Part shown: piece after piece, positions 52,497-61,405 of the stretch
Numbering within the stretch: the first letter of the stretch is position 1
Layout of the letters: each line of letters opens with the position of its first letter
Source of the DNA: Convolutriloba macropyga
Lineage: Eukaryota
DNA length: 64,000 nucleotides
NCBI RefSeq assembly: GCF_964194025.1
Contig: NC_134475.1
Location: 66,588,001-66,652,000, forward strand
Reading direction: 5' to 3'
Made by a program: the position numbers and the translations under genes
Notes under the pieces: generated by a model
The model's input: the letters and a program-made list of their open reading frames with translations, nothing else
Database searches by the model: none
Told to the model about the DNA's origin: nothing

Positions 52497-53525
52497 ATGA
52501 ACGAAAACGAAAGACAGCTTTTTGCGGAGGCTGTGGTCGTGGCTCAAAACCAGTTGGCGGTTAACAACACAGCTGGCAGGCCCGAAAAGTTCCCGTCGGC
52601 GTTGTTTCCCGATTGGTTTTCATGGAAAGCCCACTTTTCATACCTCATGGACAAACATGGTTGGACGGATGAGCAGGCTCGAAGCACAATACCTACCCTT
52701 CTTGTTGGTTGGGCGATGCAGGAGTTTAATGCCATGCCCCGACACTATCGAGTTCAGGAGCAAGACCAACCCGCTCCCACTCTGGCAAGAATGATGACGT
52801 ACTTGGACCCGAGGATGTCACCCTACAGGAATCCGAGGACAGCGAGAACAGAGTTCAAGAACTTGGCCCAGGGTGAGAAAGAGGATATTCGAGAGTTCTC
52901 CAGACGGGTGAGGTCGCTTGGGGAAATTGCCAATGCCACCATGAATGCAGCTACGAGGGATAACATGAACCGAGAGCAGTTCATCGATGGGCTGTTTGAT
53001 CTAGAGATACAGGAATTGCTTCTGCGGGAGGACCCCAACACGTTCAATGATGCTGTTGATAGGGCCCTTAACATCGACGCAATCAGTCGAGGATCCAGAA
53101 TGAGGCAGCGCAGGCGGTTGACAACCACCAGGTACCTTCAACAGTCAGACCAATTCGTGGAAAGACATCATGTTCAAGCTGTGAGTGGACAAATGGAACC
53201 CGACATGATGAAGGTAGAAATGGACGAGATGAAGAAACAAGTAAAGAATCAGGCAGACATGATTAAAGGGATGTCCGAAATGATGACTAAATTTGTCAAT
53301 TCGGTAATCCCCGGACCACCGAAAGAAACAACAGGAGATCAGGACGGAAATCCGCGCCGATTGTTCAACCCGTACCCCGAAACCAGCCGCTACGGCCAGA
53401 ACTTTGGCAGCACCGATAGGAAGCAGTCTGGGACCTTAAAGCAAGGAGTCCGCTGCTACAATTGCTCTAAGATGGGACACTACGCGCGGGAATGCAACGA
53501 ACCAAAACAGAACCATTTAAACTAA
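52497..53525 (+). CDS. gag: Gag (capsid plus one CCHC zinc knuckle), 342 aa
   Basis: Gypsy-type capsid motifs (DWFSWKAHF..HGW, Q.EKEDIREFSRRV, EQFIDGL) and CYNCSKMGHYAREC. Confidence 0.95.
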   Translation: MNENERQLFAEAVVVAQNQLAVNNTAGRPEKFPSALFPDWFSWKAHFSYLMDKHGWTDEQARSTIPTLLVGWAMQEFNAMPRHYRVQEQDQPAPTLARMMTYLDPRMSPYRNPRTARTEFKNLAQGEKEDIREFSRRVRSLGEIANATMNAATRDNMNREQFIDGLFDLEIQELLLREDPNTFNDAVDRALNIDAISRGSRMRQRRRLTTTRYLQQSDQFVERHHVQAVSGQMEPDMMKVEMDEMKKQVKNQADMIKGMSEMMTKFVNSVIPGPPKETTGDQDGNPRRLFNPYPETSRYGQNFGSTDRKQSGTLKQGVRCYNCSKMGHYARECNEPKQNHLN

Positions 53526-55705
53526 GACGGGCCGGGAGTCTCCAAGGATTTAGGAAAGAAGGTTTCATCCCGGCCGAAAACAAGCAAGATTCAACTAATA
53601 ACCGTGACACTTTAAACGATATAGAAGCAGTCAACAAACTACCGGAACCACGGTTTCTCAAACCCAAAGTTGCAGTGAAGGGGGAACCAGACAAACGAAC
53701 TGGAAGTATTACAGTTACGGGGGAGGTAAATGGGACTCCAATAGAGATTTTGGTGGACACAGGAGCTTCAACCAATATGATAAGATCTTCCACATTTGAC
53801 CAACTTAAGGAACCGCGAAAACTGATGCGGTACCGTGGACTACTGGAAGCAGCTGACGGTCGGTATGTAAACGTTACAGGATCAGCAACAATTCATCTCA
53901 AAATGGGTGGTATTGATGACGAGTGTGAAGTCCTTATAATTGACGGACTCAAAACGGAAATGATTCTCGGACTCAGGGATCTTCAAAAGCATAATTGTGT
54001 AATCGATTTGCAGGCCAACCAATTGTGGACAGCCCCAGTGGAGTCAGCTATAATACCGTTGAACAGCGGAAAATTGTGGGGAACTTCGCAGAATGGTAAC
54101 ACGAAGCCGACACATAAAGCCGAAACGAGAGAAGCGGTCCACCAGATCCTGGAAAAAGTTGGCAAGGAAGACCAAGTAGAGGTTATGATGGCCTCTGGGA
54201 GTATCTACGATGAGGATGGTGAGCATGACGACAACTTAGGACCTAACAGAGAAGAGGAAGAGGAGACCTTAGCTGAAGGGGCGATTAGAGGCCAACAAAA
54301 CTTATGTCTAAATTCAGGGGATGAGGTCAAGATGCAAGCTGGTGAAGATGTTGTTCCTCTAAATTCACCTGAACAGGAAGCCGAGCAAATTTTGAAGAAA
54401 TGTGCCCCGGAAGCACGAGGAGATCACTGGATAGCACTGCGGGACCTTGTCATCAAATACAGAGACGTGTTTGCCTTGGATGATTCCGAGCTGGGATCTA
54501 CCGCCGTGGTCGAGCATCGGATTGAAACGGGTAGCAGTAAGCCTATCAAGGTACCGCCACACCGAATCTCACCAGCTAGGATACCAATCATCCGGGAAGA
54601 AATTCGAAAAATGTTAGCGAGAGGGGTCATACAGCCATCAAGAAGTCCGTATAGTGCGCCAATCGTACTACAGAAGAAGAAAGACGGGAGCTGGAGGTTC
54701 TGTGTGGATTATAGGAAACTGAATGATGTCACTGTGAAGGATGCCTATCCGATGCCTAACCAAGCCCAAGTGTTTGATGCTCTGAGAGGAAATGCATTTT
54801 TCTCTTCTGTGGATCTAGCAAGTGGATATTGGCAAGTTCCTGTAGCCGCCGAACATAGACATAAGACCGCTTTTGTTACCCCAGACGGAGGTCTCTATGA
54901 GTACGTCCGAATGCCCTTTGGCCTGTCAAATGCGCCCGCAACCTTCCAACGACTTATGAACGAGCTATTTCAGCAGGGTCTCTACCAAACTAATCTCATC
55001 TTTCTGGACGATGTCCTCACCTATAGCAAGACGGCAGAAGATCACTTGAAGCATCTCGAAGAAGTGTTCGTGACGTTACGTAATGCAAATTTAAAATTGA
55101 AGCCGAAGAAGTGTCAGCTTTTCCAGAGACAGGTGGTGTACCTAGGTCACGTCATCGGAGTAGATGGAACGTCCCCCGACCCCGAGAAGACGTCAAAAGT
55201 TAAGGAATGGCCCGTTCCCAAGACAGTGAGAGATGTCCGGTCCTTTATTGGATTTGCTAACTACTGTCGAAGATTCATCAAGAACTTTGCAAGCATCGCC
55301 AAACCCTTGCATGATTTGACTAAGAAGAGTGCACGATTTGAGTGGACCCCAGCTCAGCAAGCATCTTTTGACCAGTTGAGATTAGAGCTGGTGACTGCCC
55401 CCGTTCTCCAGTACCCAGACTATTCAGGTTCATTCATTGTAGACACTGACGCCAGTAATGTTAGCATTGGGGCAGTACTTTCCAACGAAATCAATGGAGT
55501 GGATCGACCCCTGGTGTTTTCGTCACGAGTGTTAAGCAGGACAGAGATGATGTACTCGACCACCAAAAGAGAGGCTTTGGCGGTAATACAGGCCCTGAAG
55601 TGGTACCGACCATATCTGTTGGGTGTTCCATTCGTCCTAAGAACTGACCACGCCAGCTTGCGTTGGATGTTTCGACAGGACGCGGATGGGATGACTTTCA
55701 GATGA
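53492..55705 (+). CDS. pol: Pol part 1: aspartic protease, reverse transcriptase, most of RNase H
   Basis: LVDTGAS; RFCVDYRKLN, DLASGYWQV, MPFGLSNAPATFQ, FLDD; DTDAS..KREALA..TDH. Confidence 0.95.
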   Translation: MQRTKTEPFKLRRAGSLQGFRKEGFIPAENKQDSTNNRDTLNDIEAVNKLPEPRFLKPKVAVKGEPDKRTGSITVTGEVNGTPIEILVDTGASTNMIRSSTFDQLKEPRKLMRYRGLLEAADGRYVNVTGSATIHLKMGGIDDECEVLIIDGLKTEMILGLRDLQKHNCVIDLQANQLWTAPVESAIIPLNSGKLWGTSQNGNTKPTHKAETREAVHQILEKVGKEDQVEVMMASGSIYDEDGEHDDNLGPNREEEEETLAEGAIRGQQNLCLNSGDEVKMQAGEDVVPLNSPEQEAEQILKKCAPEARGDHWIALRDLVIKYRDVFALDDSELGSTAVVEHRIETGSSKPIKVPPHRISPARIPIIREEIRKMLARGVIQPSRSPYSAPIVLQKKKDGSWRFCVDYRKLNDVTVKDAYPMPNQAQVFDALRGNAFFSSVDLASGYWQVPVAAEHRHKTAFVTPDGGLYEYVRMPFGLSNAPATFQRLMNELFQQGLYQTNLIFLDDVLTYSKTAEDHLKHLEEVFVTLRNANLKLKPKKCQLFQRQVVYLGHVIGVDGTSPDPEKTSKVKEWPVPKTVRDVRSFIGFANYCRRFIKNFASIAKPLHDLTKKSARFEWTPAQQASFDQLRLELVTAPVLQYPDYSGSFIVDTDASNVSIGAVLSNEINGVDRPLVFSSRVLSRTEMMYSTTKREALAVIQALKWYRPYLLGVPFVLRTDHASLRWMFRQDADGMTFR
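53516..53575 (+). promoter_or_regulatory. -1 programmed ribosomal frameshift signal
   Basis: Slippery heptamer T TTA AAC (53516-53522) immediately before the gag stop, a 7-nt spacer, then the stem GGCCGGGA (53530-53537)/TCCCGGCC (53568-53575). Pol is in the -1 frame. Confidence 0.85.
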
Positions 55706-57768
55706 TTCAGAAGCTTCAGGAATTTGACTTCATGTTTGTGCACAGAGCAGGCAATCAACATGGCAATGCTGACGGTTTATCAAGACGCACGTCAGAAGAA
55801 CCAGACTGGGCTCCCGGGGAGAGAGAAGAATTGACTGGTAGTTGTCCTGAGCCTGTTTCCCTAGAAGTGGCTTTGGCAAGAACCCGAGAATCCTGTGGAA
55901 TGATCCGAGAAGAAGTGGGAGGAGGCGCCGACTCGGAGGAAGATGCACTGGATGGTCAAGCAATAGTTTGGAGTAGAGAGACGCCTGATGTAGAGAAAAT
56001 GCAGCAGGAGGACGAAGCTATTAGCAGAGTTTTCCTGTGGCTTCCCTATAATCCGGGAGGAGATCTTGAGAGTTTTGGTTCCAACTTAGTGACGCGAGAA
56101 GAAGCAGTGCAGCATGGGCCCGAAGTATTGGCATATTGGTCTAGATGGAACGAACTCACCGTGAGGAAAGGCATCCTCTACCGGCGATGGTATTGCTGGG
56201 ACGGAAAACCCCCAATACTTCAAATCGTTGTTCCCGTAGTGGGCCGGAAGGAAATTCTTGATCAGTTGCACGCATCCCCAGTCAGTGGGGGGCACTTTGC
56301 TGTAGAGAAGACGTTAAGGAGAATCCGCCAACGTTTCTGGTGGCCACACATGAGACAAGATGTTGAAAAGAAGCTAGCGTGGTGTCTGCCGTGTGCAGCT
56401 AGGACTACAGCTGGGAGGAAGAGGATTGGAGGACTTGTGCCATTTAAAGTTGGGATACGATTCCACACGGTTGCAGCAGATATCTTGGGTCCAGTTACGA
56501 TGGCCAACGAAACGCGAGCCAAGCACATATTAGTCATGACAGATTTGTTCACGAAGTATGTGGTCAGTGTCCCATTGAAGGGTACTGAAGCACCCGATGT
56601 AGCAAAAGAGATTGTGGAAAGTTGGATTTTGCGATTTGGTGTACCTGACGTACTTCACACGGATCAGGGAAAGAACTTTGGGAGTGAGCTCATGCTGGAG
56701 GTCTGCAGGCTGTTGAAAATTGATAAAACTAGGACCTCACCATATCACCCTCAAGGCAACGGGCAAGTGGAGAGGCACAATCGGGTGATTGCCGATGTCA
56801 TCTCGAAGTATTGTGCGGACAACCCGCGAACATGGGATAAACTGTTACCCTATTTAAGTTTTATTTACAACACCACAATTCACAGGACTACACAAGCAAC
56901 TCCTTACAGCCTTGTGTATGGACAGGAGTGCCAGTACCCCATAGACTTATTCTATCCAAAGCCCCACGACGAAGAACTTACAAGAGACAGCTTTGCGGAG
57001 GATTTGTCACGCTTATTCAGAGAGGCTCATGCATCCGCTAGGGAATCTCTAGGAGTAAACCAGAGGAGGCAGAAGGATCAATACCACAAGAAAGTCTATG
57101 GGAAACCATATGAAAAGCAGGACAAAGTGTGGGTTTACTCAAAGCATAAAGCAAAATCTCGGAAGTTCTTCCTACCGTGGGAGGGTCCTTATGTAGTTTT
57201 AGAACGAACATCGGAGGTTAATTACAAAGTAGCGAAACCAAGTCAAATGGCAAAATGGAGGATACTACACTACAATATGCTCAAACCGTACCTGGAGGAA
57301 GGCGATGCTTGGAGCCCAAAGGAAAAGAAGAGGACTACGGCTCCCAGGTCCGAAGGGTTTCTTGAACATCCAGGCGTAGATCAAGACGAGTGGGAAGAGG
57401 AGGGATTCGATCTACGCCCAACAGAGCAGAATGCCAGGATGCGACGCCTTGTACAGAGAAGGGAACGAAATGAAGGGGTTGAGGAGGACGTGCCGAATTT
57501 GGAGGAACTGTTTCACGAGCAAGTTGTAACGGAACCAGCCAGGGTACCGGAGGAAATTCCAACTGATGGGGGCAGGCTGGAAGCGCCAGTAACTGCTGAC
57601 GATGCACGAGTAGAGTCACCTCTTCGTGAACCAGGGCAACTAGCCCAAGCCCAGCCATCGGGTGTTCCTGAACCTAGGGAGGTAACAGTAGTCTCTCAAG
57701 ATACGGGACCTGCAAGACGACCCAGACGAGAGATCCGCCCAGTCATTCGGCTGGGTATTGACGAATAA
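55702..57768 (+). CDS. pol: Pol part 2: RNase H end, integrase (HHCC, DDE, GPY/F) and acidic tail; separated from part 1 by a 1-bp frameshift
   Basis: IQKLQEFDF..HRAG..HGNADGLSR; H..GGH..CLPC; ADILGP, TDQG, YHPQGNGQVER; WEGPY. Confidence 0.93.
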   Translation: MIQKLQEFDFMFVHRAGNQHGNADGLSRRTSEEPDWAPGEREELTGSCPEPVSLEVALARTRESCGMIREEVGGGADSEEDALDGQAIVWSRETPDVEKMQQEDEAISRVFLWLPYNPGGDLESFGSNLVTREEAVQHGPEVLAYWSRWNELTVRKGILYRRWYCWDGKPPILQIVVPVVGRKEILDQLHASPVSGGHFAVEKTLRRIRQRFWWPHMRQDVEKKLAWCLPCAARTTAGRKRIGGLVPFKVGIRFHTVAADILGPVTMANETRAKHILVMTDLFTKYVVSVPLKGTEAPDVAKEIVESWILRFGVPDVLHTDQGKNFGSELMLEVCRLLKIDKTRTSPYHPQGNGQVERHNRVIADVISKYCADNPRTWDKLLPYLSFIYNTTIHRTTQATPYSLVYGQECQYPIDLFYPKPHDEELTRDSFAEDLSRLFREAHASARESLGVNQRRQKDQYHKKVYGKPYEKQDKVWVYSKHKAKSRKFFLPWEGPYVVLERTSEVNYKVAKPSQMAKWRILHYNMLKPYLEEGDAWSPKEKKRTTAPRSEGFLEHPGVDQDEWEEEGFDLRPTEQNARMRRLVQRRERNEGVEEDVPNLEELFHEQVVTEPARVPEEIPTDGGRLEAPVTADDARVESPLREPGQLAQAQPSGVPEPREVTVVSQDTGPARRPRREIRPVIRLGIDE

Positions 57769-57877
57769 CTAATAGCAATGGGAGGAGGCACTACCACCTA
57801 CTAACAACTTAACGCAACACTTTTTAGTTATCGACCCCAACTAACGACAGGCTGTTTAGGATTCATTCAACCGGACA

Positions 57878-60202
57878 ATGCTGACTTTCAACCTCATTCT
57901 GATTTCAATTGCGGTGATGGGACCGATGGAAGCAATGAAGCTGGAAGGTATCTCTTTCAATCATACGGCAGGAGCGGCTTTCACCACGGAGACGCCAGTA
58001 ATCATAGCTAGTGCCATGGAGTCGACTTGGGTGTCCATCCCTTTTCCTATTCTTCCGGCTATCAACAAGACCCACCTAGACGTTGCCTTTCAAGAATTTC
58101 AATTCAAGTTTGCGAAACGCTGGAACGGTTACTACAAACAACGAATCTGTGGAAACAAGGAACTGACGCAGAGCTATATCAATGTCACTTACATAGCACT
58201 CAAGGGTATAGAATACGAAGTGGACGACATTGCTCGAGTGCTAGCAGAAATGAAGATACGGGCCGAAACGTTCATCAATGGTTCTTTACACATTCACAGT
58301 AGGGAGCGACGATGGGTGAAACCACTGTTGATTGGAGCCGCGGCCGCCATCGTTCTGGCTCCGGTCCTCAAGCAGGGATTCTGTCACTACTTCTCATTCT
58401 TTGGATTTTGTGGAGGAAGGCAAGCAATTGACGAGTTAGGACGGGAGGCAGAGTTTCTTGACAAAGCTGTCAGGACGATAACTTTGGAAACCGGGGAGCG
58501 GATTCATTTGCTTGGGCATTCACTTAACAAGACCCAGAACCAGTTGAAAATGGTTTCTCACGATGCGAATGCGAACTTCCAAATGATCCGGGATGCGATG
58601 AATCGGTTGTTGGAGGAAACCGACGGAGCTTTGGATGGCCAGCGGCTATGCGTCAGTTCGAAACATCACGATGTCTACCAGGAGGCTTCACGATTTTCAA
58701 CGGCCATGCTAAATTACTCGCAAGCTTTGAACGCACTGCGGGAGGAACTTATTGCTTTCAAAATCGGGTTGCACAACTTTGGATACATTTTGGATGATGC
58801 GTTGTCTTCATTGACAAGGGGACTAATTCCAGCTACCCTAATTCCCCCAGAAGTATTGCAGAAGGTCCTTGATGGTTTGAAACTAGACAGGATGCGGGAA
58901 GCCATACCTCGATCCGAGCTGATGACCTACTACGGATTTGAGCTAGTGGATTCTACAGTGATAACGACCACGGGGATTAACGTACTCGTAAATATCCCTC
59001 TTCATCACACTAGCGGATTGTACCATGTCTATCGAGCTGTGGCGTTGCCCCAACCTATTGACGATGGAGTTACGGCAACCCAATATTTGTTCCGAAAGTC
59101 TCACCCTTTAGTTTCGGAGAGAAGAGACCATTTCGCTGAAGTGTCGGAAGAGAAAATTAATTCGCACTGTGTAGGAACTAACCGTCTGAAGTTGTGTCTG
59201 AAACCATTCTCAATGTCCCGAACGAGTGAAGCCACTTGTCTATCCAGCTTGTTTTTTGACTTACCTGCCGCCGCCCTGAAGCTGTGCCCGCAGGAAGTTG
59301 TTGTACTACCAGAGGAGCCAACAGCGGACTACTTAGACGATTCGACTTACTTGGTTACAGCGAGGTCTTCTGCCTACAAGTTCTTCAATTTTACTTATGG
59401 GTTGAAGCAAACTGGTTACCCAGTTCCTGGATGTCGTAGCTGTTTGCTCCGGCCACCTTGCGATGGACGATTTGAGAACCCCAGTGGAACTCTAATTCTG
59501 TACCCGGACCCCAGGACATGTCAGTACAGCAGCGGAATGATGATCAATATCCAGCAACATCCTTTGCTGCGCACCCTATTTGCTACGCTAAGGAAAGTGG
59601 AATCCGAAAGAGTAGGAGCAGAGATCCCCAATGCTTTTCGTGATCAGGCTCATGGAGAAATGCTAGAGGTTCTAAGACTTAACCTGATCGAATTGCCCGA
59701 AGAGACTGTGGACGAGGAAAGTATGGAGCGGATCTCTCGTCCTTTTGCCGAAGGAATTATTAACCAACACATGCCTTTTCATTGGAGTGCATATCATAGC
59801 CGACCAGCCAATGTTGTGGTGTGGTTCTTATTAGCCATAGTCCTGTTCTTCATGGCATACCTTTTCTATCGATCTTGTATGAAGAACCCCGCCCCGCTGT
59901 ATAAGAGACTTTTCCGACAACAAAGGAACCGCTTTCCGTGGTCGAGGATACCCCGAGATGACAGTACTGACTTTTCATCGAGACCTGGCACCGGTCAACC
60001 TGGCTTTTCACCACCTCTTGGAGCTCCACCCAGCTTCAACTCGATTTTCGAACTGAATGAGGCGGCTATCTCGCCGGCGTCGATGTCGGAGACCCCAAGA
60101 CGTGACACAAGCACGGGAATGGGCATGAGAGTGAAGAGAGTGTCGCTACCCCAGGAGAGGTCTTTCTCACCTGGTGAACAATTGCGTGGTGGGGAGTTAT
60201 GA
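57878..60202 (+). CDS. env: Envelope glycoprotein, class I fusion (F-type) architecture, 774 aa
   Basis: Signal peptide; furin site RERR (58301-58312) followed by the hydrophobic fusion peptide WVKPLLIGAAAAIVLAPVL; heptad-rich helix; Cys-rich domain; several N-x-S/T sequons; TM VVVWFLLAIVLFFMAYLFY (~59813-59869); long cytoplasmic tail. Confidence 0.9.
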   Translation: MLTFNLILISIAVMGPMEAMKLEGISFNHTAGAAFTTETPVIIASAMESTWVSIPFPILPAINKTHLDVAFQEFQFKFAKRWNGYYKQRICGNKELTQSYINVTYIALKGIEYEVDDIARVLAEMKIRAETFINGSLHIHSRERRWVKPLLIGAAAAIVLAPVLKQGFCHYFSFFGFCGGRQAIDELGREAEFLDKAVRTITLETGERIHLLGHSLNKTQNQLKMVSHDANANFQMIRDAMNRLLEETDGALDGQRLCVSSKHHDVYQEASRFSTAMLNYSQALNALREELIAFKIGLHNFGYILDDALSSLTRGLIPATLIPPEVLQKVLDGLKLDRMREAIPRSELMTYYGFELVDSTVITTTGINVLVNIPLHHTSGLYHVYRAVALPQPIDDGVTATQYLFRKSHPLVSERRDHFAEVSEEKINSHCVGTNRLKLCLKPFSMSRTSEATCLSSLFFDLPAAALKLCPQEVVVLPEEPTADYLDDSTYLVTARSSAYKFFNFTYGLKQTGYPVPGCRSCLLRPPCDGRFENPSGTLILYPDPRTCQYSSGMMINIQQHPLLRTLFATLRKVESERVGAEIPNAFRDQAHGEMLEVLRLNLIELPEETVDEESMERISRPFAEGIINQHMPFHWSAYHSRPANVVVWFLLAIVLFFMAYLFYRSCMKNPAPLYKRLFRQQRNRFPWSRIPRDDSTDFSSRPGTGQPGFSPPLGAPPSFNSIFELNEAAISPASMSETPRRDTSTGMGMRVKRVSLPQERSFSPGEQLRGGEL

Positions 60203-60736
60203 GAAGCAACCGGTTCCTGTACTAGTGGATAATACTCAGACTTAAGCTTGTATACTTTGACCTTGATCACTCTGACTTCGACTTCTTATGTGGTAGGCCT
60301 TAATCACCCTTTACTTCTAGTGTTTAATTAGAGTGTTACTTGTTACTTTCATTGTATATAGATAAAAAGAATTGAAGCGCCAGACTAGAACAACCCCCCC
60401 CCCACCAATGCAGTAATTGATATCAATTGTTTTAGGGAGTATGCAGGGTAACTCCAATGGGTTTTTACAACCCCCCCTTTAACTCCTAGGCGGAATGGGT
60501 ATAAGACTGCGCTTCATTGTAAATATATTTTTTTATGTAGTGTTACTTGTATATACGAGATCTATATGATCTTATTTGAAAATCCCAAACTCTCGAAAAC
60601 TGATCGATGGGTAAAAGGGAGAAAAACTAAAATATTTTAAGTATATAAGATACGTAAGCATCGGTAAGGCTACAAGAGTAAAGGAAGAAGTAAGTATGGA
60701 TTAGAGGGTTGAAATATAGGGGGAGGCGAGCAAGGA

Positions 60737-61021
60737 TTATTCCTTTCTGCGGTTGGGGAACACAACTCGTGGTCTCAGATCATCTAGTAAGCTTATGACA
60801 TCCCACGAGCTATTCAACTGACCCGAATTAAATAGGCCTTCGACCAAGCTGAGAAATTCGTAAGTCTCGTATGTGCTGAACATTAAGCTATCAATTGAGT
60901 CAGGGTCAATGACAATAGTAAACTCGTAATAATTTGTGGGACTTTCCTGAATTTGAATATTAGAAAATCCCTCCCCAACCAAAGTTTCTAACGCCGGAAT
61001 GTAATATTTGGTGTCGGTCAT
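60737..61021 (-). CDS. Antisense accessory ORF-A, 94 aa, unknown function
   Basis: ATG-to-TAA ORF inside the element, with globular-looking acidic/aromatic composition and a basic C-terminus (RPRVVFPNRRKE). No homologue recognised. Confidence 0.5.
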   Translation of the reverse strand: MTDTKYYIPALETLVGEGFSNIQIQESPTNYYEFTIVIDPDSIDSLMFSTYETYEFLSLVEGLFNSGQLNSSWDVISLLDDLRPRVVFPNRRKE

Positions 61022-61405
61022 TTGTATTTGTTTTGCTGTGATAAGATATAAGGTGTTGTTTACAATGAAAGCTTTGGAACAATGAGATATTTAAACAGTA
61101 GAAGTCAAAATAAGCACGCGTTGGTTGTACAAAGAAGTGATTTCTGTTCATTTTTTTGCTGTTGAAAACTAATGAGCTCTATTCAGCTTTGAGTTGATTG
61201 TTCTGCAAGCAATTACTAAAGACTAATGAGATTCAAGAAGAACGAAACTGGTGTAAGTGACCGAGGAGAGGATAAACTGTGTGGAGAATGAGAAAATCAG
61301 AAAGTAGACAATTCATTTTGGTTCTCTTTATCGTAACGCTAAGTTCAGTAACTTAGGCTTCAGAAAGTTGAAGAGTGAAATTATAACAGCCAACGCCCGT
61401 TCGTG

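Noticed and set aside
55663-55701. ATG at 55663 as start of a separately translated integrase
   Set aside because: The first 13 residues are out-of-frame read-through of RNase H sequence; a 1-bp indel explains the break more simply.
52522-60270. Small overlapping or antisense ORFs within gag, pol and env
   Set aside because: Shadow ORFs typical of GC-richer coding DNA, with no motifs.
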